Part shown: piece by piece, positions 28,917 through 36,653 of the stretch
Numbering within the stretch: the stretch's first letter is position 1
Layout: each line of letters starts with the position of its first letter
Source of the DNA: Rhodothermales bacterium
GTDB taxonomy: Bacteria > Bacteroidota > Rhodothermia > Rhodothermales > Bin80
NCBI GenBank assembly: GCA_965218495.1
Contig: OZ244626.1
Coordinates: 4,464,196 to 4,528,195 of the forward strand
DNA: 64,000 nucleotides
Direction: 5' to 3'
The notes under the pieces: generated by a model
Told to the model about the DNA's origin: nothing
Databases searched by the model: none
What the model saw: the letters and a program-made list of their open reading frames with translations, nothing else
Program-made: the position numbers and the translations under genes

Positions 28917-29486
28917 ATGCACGCGGGGCTGAGTGACACCAAGGTGTTTCTGACAGGCTTCATGGGCAGCGGCAAGAGTACGCTCGGCCGGCCGCTGGCA
29001 GAAGCGCTGAATCTCCGTTTTGCGGACCTTGATGTCGTCATTGCGGACCGCGCAGGCCAGAGCATTGCTGACATCTTTGCGCAGGGTGGCGAGGCACGCT
29101 TTAGGGCGTTGGAAGCGGCCGCGCTGCGTTCGGCGCAGCCAGGGGTCGTTTACGCCCTTGGCGGCGGGGCTTTGGTCCGCGAAGGCAACCTACGTTGGGC
29201 CCTTACCCATGGTATCGTGCTGTATCTACAGGTGCCCGTAGAAGAGCTGCAGCGCCGGCTGGTGTCCGATCCCCTGGTGCGACCTCTGCTCAGGGATGAA
29301 TTTGGCCGGCGCCTGCCCGGCCCTGCGCTGTGTGAGAAGATTGCCGGTCTGCTGGCGAAGCGGGCGCCATTCTATGAACGCGCACACATCACTATCAGGC
29401 CGGTGGAAAACCATCGCGCACTCGTACGCGCGGCGGTCCGGGCCGTGAGTGCCTACGCGGCACAAAGCCTGAACGATCGGCGATGA
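28917..29486 (+). CDS. aroK: Shikimate kinase
   Basis: Walker A FMGSGKST, then the LDVVIADRAGQSIADIFAQGGEARFRALE shikimate-kinase block. Confidence 0.9.
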   Translation: MHAGLSDTKVFLTGFMGSGKSTLGRPLAEALNLRFADLDVVIADRAGQSIADIFAQGGEARFRALEAAALRSAQPGVVYALGGGALVREGNLRWALTHGIVLYLQVPVEELQRRLVSDPLVRPLLRDEFGRRLPGPALCEKIAGLLAKRAPFYERAHITIRPVENHRALVRAAVRAVSAYAAQSLNDRR

Positions 29487-30055
29487 TGCAGCGTTGGACC
29501 GGAAGCCGCCAGCGCAGCATAGTGGGCGCGGGTCGGGTAGCCTACGTTGGTGAGCCAGCCGTATGCTGGATGATGCATGTGCAATGCCCGCATGGTTCTG
29601 TCGCGCGACACTTTGGCGATGATGGACGCTGCGGCAATGGACTGGCAGCGGGCATCGCCCTGCTTTACCGCGCGCACCGGCCAGGGGCTGTCCCGAAATG
29701 CGCGGTTGCCATCAATTAGTACGTAGTCTGGTGGCACGCGTAGTGTGCCGGCAGCCTCGCGCATGGCCTGAAGCGTCGCTTGTAGGATGTTGACCGCGTC
29801 AATCTGTGCAGGTGAGCGCGAACCGACGGATATGGCTACGGCACGGTCACAAATGGTGCAGAAGAGCTCTTCTCGCATCGAGGCTCGCAGCTTCTTGCTG
29901 TCGTTGACGCCAGGTAGGACGACGCCCTGTGGAAGGATGACGGCCGCCGCGACCACAGGCCCGGCCAGTGCGCCACGGCCTGCCTCGTCGATGCCAGCTA
30001 CGTGTGCAAAGCCTTGCTGCCAGAGTGTCTCTTCAAGATCTGTCGTACAGGTCAT
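29453..30055 (-). CDS. rnhB: Ribonuclease HII
   Basis: GIDEAGRGALAGPVVAAAV and DSKKL motifs. The internal ATG at 30055 gives a normal-length protein (track start is 30136). The 3' end overlaps aroK by 34 nt. Confidence 0.9.
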   Translation of the reverse strand: MTCTTDLEETLWQQGFAHVAGIDEAGRGALAGPVVAAAVILPQGVVLPGVNDSKKLRASMREELFCTICDRAVAISVGSRSPAQIDAVNILQATLQAMREAAGTLRVPPDYVLIDGNRAFRDSPWPVRAVKQGDARCQSIAAASIIAKVSRDRTMRALHMHHPAYGWLTNVGYPTRAHYAALAASGPTLHHRRSFRLCAA

Positions 30056-30210
30056 GCACTTTTCTGCTGAAGCGTGTATCTTGAGACTTAGCCTCTCTGG
30101 TAGGTGCAACCTTGCACCGTGTACTGTGGACCGCACATTCGGCGGCCCTGCCCTTTGTCCATCAACGTGCCAGCGCGCAAGACAAGCTATGAATAGCAGG
30201 TGGCTTTTGT

Positions 30211-31323
30211 ATGGCTGAAAAACGTTTTCGCGGGATCTTGGAGTTCATAGGCGACAAGAAATTCGGCTTTGTCCGCCAGATTCGATCCGACTTGCCCAAG
30301 GGGGACGATGACCCGTTTTGTCCGCCACCACTGATCCGCCGGTTACATCTCCGAGATGGCAGCATCCTGGAAGGGACTTTGCGCCCGGGCCGCAAAGGCG
30401 ACATGCAGGTGCATCGCGTAAGCAAGATCATGGGGGTGTCGCCCGAAGAGTGGGCCCAGGCGGAGCTCTTTGAATCGGGCCAAATCATTTATCCCGAAAG
30501 CAAGCTGAACCTTGTCAAGGGAGCCGCTGACATCACCATGCGCGTGGTTGACCTTGCCTGCCCTATCGGCAAGGGCCAGCGAGCCCTGATCGTAGCTCCG
30601 CCTCGCACGGGTAAGACTATCATTCTCAAGGAAATCGCGGCCTCGCTCACGCAGAACCACCCCGAGATATCGCAGGTAGCACTGCTGGTTGATGAACGCC
30701 CGGAAGAGGTGACGGACTTCAAGCGATCCACCAATGCGATGATCTTCGCCTCTTCCAGTGACCGTGAGGAGATCAATCATGTCCGCGTTTCGGTGCTGGC
30801 GTTGGAGCACGCCAAGCGGCTGGCGGAGTTGAATCGCGATGTCGTGCTGCTTCTTGACTCGCTCACCCGACTGGGGCGCACCTTCAATCTCTGGGGCGAG
30901 GGATCCGGGCGAACCATGTCCGGGGGGCTGGACGCGGGTGCCATGAAGATTCCCCGTCGCCTCTTCGGCGCCGCTCGTAACATTGAGGGGGGAGGCTCAC
31001 TGACGATCATTGCCACGGCGCTCATAGAGACGGGCAGCCGTATGGATGAGGTTATCTTTGAAGAATTCAAGGGCACGGGCAACGCGGAGATAGTGCTGGA
31101 TCGCGAGATGGCGGACAAGCGCATATGGCCAGCCATCAACCTGCGCAAGACCGGGACCCGCAACGAGGAGTTGCTGCTGGGTGACATGACACATCAGTAT
31201 CACCGGCTTTTTCGGGCCCTAAACAGTCGCCGCCCCATTGAGGCTATGCAGGCACTGACGCGCCATATGCAAGTTTTTCCGACGAATGAACAGATGGTTA
31301 CTTGGTTGCTCCACCACCTCTGA
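30211..31323 (+). CDS. rho: Transcription termination factor Rho (short form without the N-terminal helical domain)
   Basis: OB/CSD block GILEFIGDKKFGFVR. Walker A APPRTGKT, LVDERPEEV, Walker B VVLLLDSLTRL, GGGSLTIIATALIETGSRMDEVIFEEFKGTGN. An in-frame TGA at 30190-30192 prevents any N-terminal extension. Confidence 0.85.
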   Translation: MAEKRFRGILEFIGDKKFGFVRQIRSDLPKGDDDPFCPPPLIRRLHLRDGSILEGTLRPGRKGDMQVHRVSKIMGVSPEEWAQAELFESGQIIYPESKLNLVKGAADITMRVVDLACPIGKGQRALIVAPPRTGKTIILKEIAASLTQNHPEISQVALLVDERPEEVTDFKRSTNAMIFASSSDREEINHVRVSVLALEHAKRLAELNRDVVLLLDSLTRLGRTFNLWGEGSGRTMSGGLDAGAMKIPRRLFGAARNIEGGGSLTIIATALIETGSRMDEVIFEEFKGTGNAEIVLDREMADKRIWPAINLRKTGTRNEELLLGDMTHQYHRLFRALNSRRPIEAMQALTRHMQVFPTNEQMVTWLLHHL

Positions 31324-31384
31324 CGAGCCCTTACGTACTGAGCGCGTCGTCCTTGTATAGATAGCGCCCACGAAAAACCATCCA

Positions 31385-32812
31385 ATGAGTAGTCAGCTAG
31401 AGAAGATCGTCTCGCTTTCCAAGCGGCGGGGCTTCATATTCCCTTCGTCGGAGATCTATGGTGGTTTGGGAGCCACCTATGACTATGGCCCGTTGGGCGT
31501 CGAGCTCAAACGCAACGTCCGAGAGCGCTGGTGGCGCGCGATGGTTTACGCGCACGACAACATCGCAGGAATTGATGCTGCGATACTCATGCACCCCGCT
31601 GTGTGGAAGGCGTCGGGACATGTGGAGGCATTTCATGACCCGCTGATCGATGACAAAGCGTCCAATCGGCGCTATAAGGCTGATCAGCTTATTGAGAATT
31701 ACATAGAAAAGCTTCGCCAGAGCGGCAAGATAGACCGGGCCGATGCTGTCCACAGCCGGCTTGTGGCTGCGCTGCACTCGGAAAACCTGCCAAGGGCACT
31801 GCACGCGATCATCATGGAGGAGGAGATTCGTGCACCCGATTCCGGAGCCTTCGATTGGACCGAAGTGCGGCAGTTCAACATGATGTTTGAAACGCATGCT
31901 GGGGCCGTTGCCTCCAGCGATACCCGGATTTACCTGCGACCGGAGACCGCCCAGGGCATCTTCGTCAACACATACAACGTGCGCGACACGGCGCGCCTGC
32001 ACATACCCTTCGGCATCGCCCAGGTCGGAAAGGCGTTTCGTAACGAAATCGTAGCTCGCCAATTTATCTTCCGTATGCGGGAGTTTGAACAGATGGAGAT
32101 GCAGTACTTCGTGAAGCCCGGCTCTCAGCAGGCGTGGTACGAAGCCTGGAAGGAAAAGCGTTGGCAATGGCACTGCGGCAACGGGGTACCTGAAGCCAAG
32201 ATTCGCTGGCATGAGCACGAAAAGCCGGCGCACTATGCCGATGCTGCGGTGGATATCCAGTACCGTTTCCCTTTCGGGTGGCAGGAGATCGAAGGCATCC
32301 ACTCGCGAACTGATTACGACCTCTCGCGGCACCAGGAGCATGCTGGCAAGAAGATGCAGGTGTTCGAGCAGACTACCGGACAGAGCTATGTCCCGTACGT
32401 GGTTGAAACATCCGCAGGCCTGGACCGCACCATCCTGATGCTGCTCTGCGAAGCGTACCGAGAGGAAATGGTTGACGGCGCAATGCGCACCGTGATGGGC
32501 TTTGCACCGGCACTCGCGCCGTTGAAGGCCGCGGTGTTTCCGCTGGTTCGTAGGGCGGGCATGCCTACGCTTGCGCGCAAGATTTCGGACGGGCTACGGG
32601 CAGCGTATAACATCTTTTATGATGAGCGCGGCTCTATCGGCCGGCGCTACCGCCGCATGGACGAAGCGGGAACCCCGTTGTGCATCACCATTGATGGGCA
32701 GACAATGCAAGATGGAACGGTCACAGTACGCAATCGCGATACGCTCGCACAGGAGCGCATCCCGCAAGATGGCGTCGTGTCATACGTGAGCGATCGCGTT
32801 ACGGCGCGTTAG
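31385..32812 (+). CDS. glyQS: Glycine--tRNA ligase (homodimeric GlyQS type)
   Basis: KRRGFIFPSSEIYGGLGATYDYGPLGVELKRN and class II motifs (YLRPETAQGIF, GKAFRNE). Confidence 0.92.
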   Translation: MSSQLEKIVSLSKRRGFIFPSSEIYGGLGATYDYGPLGVELKRNVRERWWRAMVYAHDNIAGIDAAILMHPAVWKASGHVEAFHDPLIDDKASNRRYKADQLIENYIEKLRQSGKIDRADAVHSRLVAALHSENLPRALHAIIMEEEIRAPDSGAFDWTEVRQFNMMFETHAGAVASSDTRIYLRPETAQGIFVNTYNVRDTARLHIPFGIAQVGKAFRNEIVARQFIFRMREFEQMEMQYFVKPGSQQAWYEAWKEKRWQWHCGNGVPEAKIRWHEHEKPAHYADAAVDIQYRFPFGWQEIEGIHSRTDYDLSRHQEHAGKKMQVFEQTTGQSYVPYVVETSAGLDRTILMLLCEAYREEMVDGAMRTVMGFAPALAPLKAAVFPLVRRAGMPTLARKISDGLRAAYNIFYDERGSIGRRYRRMDEAGTPLCITIDGQTMQDGTVTVRNRDTLAQERIPQDGVVSYVSDRVTAR

Positions 32813-34001
32813 TGGCTGCCTGGAGCTCAGCGGCTACACGCTCAACGCCTTCCCACACCCGTAAGGCGTTGCCGCCAAGTATCTTGGCCAGGTCCGCGTC
32901 CGAATAGCCACGCTTTAAGAGCTCGGCGACAAGGAGTGGATACATGGACACGTCCTGCAGATCGGAAGGGAGGGCGGTAACCCCATCAAAGTCGGAGCCA
33001 AGCCCGACGTGGTCCACGCCTACGAGTCCGACGGCATGATCGATGTGGTCTGCCACGTCTTGCAGCGTCCCAATGGGGTTTGCCTTGCGCTCTGATTCAA
33101 AGTAGCGTACGCCTTCCGTCGAATACCGAGCTATGCCGGCTTCTGACAGGTGTGCTTCAATCGCTTCGCGCATCGCTTGTTGCCGGGCGCGATATCCGCT
33201 GCGCAAGAACGTCGACCCAAAACTGATCATGATCACGCCGTCACGCGCAGCCAGTGCCTCAATGAGCTCATCGCTCATGTTTCGTTCCCACCCTGGTGTG
33301 AAGCGGCGCGCCGAAGAATGCGATGCAAGCACCGGTGCCTTCGAGCGACGCAACACTTGCCAGATTGTGCTATCGGTTACGTGCGACACATCCACGATGA
33401 TGCCAATCCGGTTCATTTCATCGACGACCAGCTTGCCAAACGGGCTCAGCCCCTCCCATGTGCGCGTCGTGTCGTATGATGAGTCGCTGATCTGGTTGAC
33501 CCGTGCGTGGGTTAGTGTGATATATCGGATGCCTCGGTCAAAAAAGTACTGAAGGTCGGCGAGGCTGTCGATCGGGGCTCCGTTTTCCATGCCCATGGGT
33601 AGCGATACCAGGCCGGCCGCTTTGTGGCGATGGATATCGGCCGTAGAGGTTGCCACGGCAAACTTGTCCGGCGCGGCATTTGCAATCTGGTAGACCATAT
33701 CTATGAGGGAGTCCGCCAGTTGCAGCGCTGAACCTGGGACCTCCTGGCGGGTGCTCGGGATGTAGATCGACATGAAGGGGGCGTTGAGCCCGCCGGCCGC
33801 GGCGCGCGGGAAATCGAAGTCACCTCCAATAGTAGGGCCGCTTACATCTTCGGGGAAATCCGTCATACGGTACGGTAGATCGATATGGCCGTCCACGATC
33901 GTCATCTCCTGCGTGAGGGTACGCGCGTGCTCCATGCGCATGGCCTTCTCGGAGGTACAGGCGGTAGCAGAGAGCAAAAGCAAGAGGACCAGTGAGCGCA
34001 T
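32799..34001 (-). CDS. Membrane dipeptidase (peptidase family M19), lipoprotein
   Basis: VDGHIDLPYRM, ITLTHARVN and VDVSHV blocks of renal-dipeptidase-type enzymes. Lipobox LLSATAC. Confidence 0.88.
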   Translation of the reverse strand: MRSLVLLLLLSATACTSEKAMRMEHARTLTQEMTIVDGHIDLPYRMTDFPEDVSGPTIGGDFDFPRAAAGGLNAPFMSIYIPSTRQEVPGSALQLADSLIDMVYQIANAAPDKFAVATSTADIHRHKAAGLVSLPMGMENGAPIDSLADLQYFFDRGIRYITLTHARVNQISDSSYDTTRTWEGLSPFGKLVVDEMNRIGIIVDVSHVTDSTIWQVLRRSKAPVLASHSSARRFTPGWERNMSDELIEALAARDGVIMISFGSTFLRSGYRARQQAMREAIEAHLSEAGIARYSTEGVRYFESERKANPIGTLQDVADHIDHAVGLVGVDHVGLGSDFDGVTALPSDLQDVSMYPLLVAELLKRGYSDADLAKILGGNALRVWEGVERVAAELQAATNAP

Positions 34002-34013
34002 GTGAAGTACAGG

Positions 34014-35705
34014 TTATCTGGCATACGCGGTGACACGCACTTCCCGGATTACGGTTACCTTGATTTGGCCGGGGTAGCGAACCTCATCTTCAATCCGTTT
34101 GGAGATTTCCGTCGAAAGGGCGTTGGCCTGTTCGTCAGTGATGCGATTCTGGTCCACCAGAACCCGAATCTCTCGGCCAGCCTGGAAGGCAAATACACGA
34201 TTCACACCTTCGAATGACGACGCGAGTCTTTCCAGCTGCTCAAGCCGTCGGATATATTCCTCAACAGTAGCACGGCGCGCACCTGGCCTGGCGCCGCTAA
34301 TGGCGTCGGCGGCCTGAACGATGGGAGAGATGAGTGCGGTCATCTCAATCTCATCATGATGCGCACCTACGGCGTTGCATACCTCGGGGTCTTCGCGATA
34401 TCGCTTGCACAATTCCATACCCACCAGAGCATGGGGTCGGTCCGAAGCTTCCATGACTACTTTGCCGATGTCGTGCAAGAGACCCGCACGGCGCGCGAGC
34501 GTCGGATCAAGCCCGATTTCTACGGCAATGAGGGAGGCGATACGGGCCGTTTCCACGGAGTGGGCCAACAGGTTCTGGCCATAGCTTGTCCTGAAGCGCA
34601 TCCGACCCACCAGCCGGATCAGCTCTGAATGGAGGCCGTGAATGTTCAGGTCGATCACGGCACGCTCCCCGACCTCAGTGAGCTCTTCCTCCAAGGACGT
34701 TGCAGCCGCCTTGACGGTTCTTTCTATGCTGGCCGGATGAATGCGTCCGTCACTGACGAGGGACTGGAGTGCACGCCGGGCGACTTCGCGCCTGACTGGG
34801 TCAAAGCACGAGAGTACCACGGCACTAGGCGTATCGTCTACAATGACCTCGGTGCCGGTGGCCGATTCAAATGCCCGTATGTTTCGTCCTTCACGCCCGA
34901 TTATACGGCCTTTGTGGTCGTCCGAGTCGAGGTATACCACACTTGCCGTGGTTTCCATCGACAGGCTTGCCGCAGTGCGCTGGATGGCGGTCAAGACGAC
35001 TTTGCGTGCGCTGTGGCGGGCGGTGCGTTTGGCCTCTTCCTGTACCTTTTGGATGTGCGTCGAGGCCTGGCGCTTCGCGCTTTCTATCAGCTGTTGCTTG
35101 AGCTCCTCGCGTGCATCTTCGGCAGACAGTCCGCTGATTTCTTCGAGGCGCCTGGTCTGCTGCTCGATGACTACGTCCAGCTCGCCACTCTTGGCCGCAA
35201 TTGCCTCTTCGCGTGTAGACAAGGCGGCTTCCTGATCCTTCAGTGCGCTACTCCGCGCAGTCGTTTTGGACAGGAGCGTATCGGCATTGGCACGAAGAAG
35301 CTCCGCATGGCGGTTTGTTTTCTCGGCCTCGCGCTGCAACGCCTTCAGTGCAGCGGCGGCCTTGTGAAGGAGCGCGTCGCGCTCGTTTAGTCCCTGTGTC
35401 CTGCTGTTGATCTTGCGCTCACGGCGCTCCGCTTTTTGTCTGGACCGGCGCAACAGATGCCGTGCGTGTTCCCGTTCCTCTTCGAACGCGCTACGCTCTT
35501 CGGCAAGGGCCGCCTTGACTTCTTTGACATACTCTTCGCGGTACTTGTGAGCCTCATCTTTGGCGCCGGACAAGAGGCGCTGTACTTCTTGTTCGGCTTC
35601 TTCTATGCGTGAAGCTGTGACCCGCTTCAGGAGCCAGCGCTGCACCGCAATGCCCAAACCAAACGCTATTGCCAACAGCAGGACGGTAAGTAGTGTACCG
35701 TCCAA
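34014..35705 (-). CDS. rny: Ribonuclease Y
   Basis: N-terminal TM helix, long coiled coil, KH domain (GRIIGREGRNIRAFE), HD domain (LLHDIGK...GAHH). TTG start with GAGGA 5 nt upstream. Confidence 0.92.
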   Translation of the reverse strand: MDGTLLTVLLLAIAFGLGIAVQRWLLKRVTASRIEEAEQEVQRLLSGAKDEAHKYREEYVKEVKAALAEERSAFEEEREHARHLLRRSRQKAERRERKINSRTQGLNERDALLHKAAAALKALQREAEKTNRHAELLRANADTLLSKTTARSSALKDQEAALSTREEAIAAKSGELDVVIEQQTRRLEEISGLSAEDAREELKQQLIESAKRQASTHIQKVQEEAKRTARHSARKVVLTAIQRTAASLSMETTASVVYLDSDDHKGRIIGREGRNIRAFESATGTEVIVDDTPSAVVLSCFDPVRREVARRALQSLVSDGRIHPASIERTVKAAATSLEEELTEVGERAVIDLNIHGLHSELIRLVGRMRFRTSYGQNLLAHSVETARIASLIAVEIGLDPTLARRAGLLHDIGKVVMEASDRPHALVGMELCKRYREDPEVCNAVGAHHDEIEMTALISPIVQAADAISGARPGARRATVEEYIRRLEQLERLASSFEGVNRVFAFQAGREIRVLVDQNRITDEQANALSTEISKRIEDEVRYPGQIKVTVIREVRVTAYAR

Positions 35706-36000
35706 GACCTTCCTCGTTAAATGTCCTCATGCAGTCACCCTTCGGGCGATGAGGCGACATGCCTCGCATCCGCAGTGGCGGGTAAAAAGAACCCTGGGTT
35801 ACACGATTGGCACTGCCCCAAACCCTTCCGCCTTCCTCGGCTCCGCGTAGCGGAGACCCCTGCAAGGGCTGAGGTCTGATGTCCAGATCCGAAGAGCAGC
35901 TTCCTTTAATACCATTGTCGGTTCAACACAGCCAAGACCACTGCGGACGCCAAGCAGCCGCACACCCAAAATACCCTGCAGTGCCAACCGCGGTTCCATG

Positions 36001-36285
36001 TTACGACATGGCGTCTATAAGTTCTTTTTCCATTAGGAGCATCTCGCGGTGCATGGCTTGCAGTACGGTGCTTGAAGTGTCCCGCATGGCCAACACTTCC
36101 TCGGCCAAGGCGAGTGCAGAGACCACTGCGGCGACGAGGTCTGGCTGATCCGGGTGCTTGGCCTTAAAGTTCTGCATGCGCATGTCTACGGTATCGGCCA
36201 CCTCACGCATAGAAGTTTCGTCATTCTCATCAACACGGAGCGGGTATTCCTTACCGAGGATCTGGACACGGATAGATTTCTGCAT
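36001..36285 (-). CDS. zapA: Cell division protein ZapA
   Basis: IRVQILGKEYPLRVDENDE...AAVVSALALAEE is typical ZapA. Confidence 0.85.
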   Translation of the reverse strand: MQKSIRVQILGKEYPLRVDENDETSMREVADTVDMRMQNFKAKHPDQPDLVAAVVSALALAEEVLAMRDTSSTVLQAMHREMLLMEKELIDAMS

Positions 36286-36286
36286 G

Positions 36287-36604
36287 CTACTCCTCGTCCT
36301 CAGCCAGATAGTTGTCGATGGCCTGGATAAAGCCCTTTACCGTAGTGCGCAGCCGCTCGGGCTCCTCATCGAACGCAAGCACCGCTGCGTCGGGGTCGAT
36401 CTTGGGGCCGCCCTCCAACTCCTGGATGCGCTCGGCCAATGCCGCGTTCTCTTTCTTGAGGCGGCGCAGCTCTTTTGAGGCCTGCTTTACCAGGTCCCGC
36501 AGATTGCGAAGCGATTCAGCACTTTGGATCGACGAGAACGATGGCGTACCGTCTTCGTCCGCCTTCGGCGCCATATTTGAGGTGGACTGCTCGGTCTTAC
36601 TCAT
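36287..36604 (-). CDS. Coiled-coil protein upstream of zapA (ZapB-like role possible)
   Basis: 105 aa. Heptad-like segment LRNLRDLVKQASKELRRLKKENAALAERIQELE. Its stop is 1 nt before the zapA start. Confidence 0.6.
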   Translation of the reverse strand: MSKTEQSTSNMAPKADEDGTPSFSSIQSAESLRNLRDLVKQASKELRRLKKENAALAERIQELEGGPKIDPDAAVLAFDEEPERLRTTVKGFIQAIDNYLAEDEE

Positions 36605-36653
36605 TTCCCACGGGTTCGAACGGGAGAAATCTAACGCTTTGCCGCATCATATT

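Noticed and set aside
31397-32341. 314-aa minus-strand ORF
   Set aside because: It is antisense to the unambiguous glyQS gene and has no family features.
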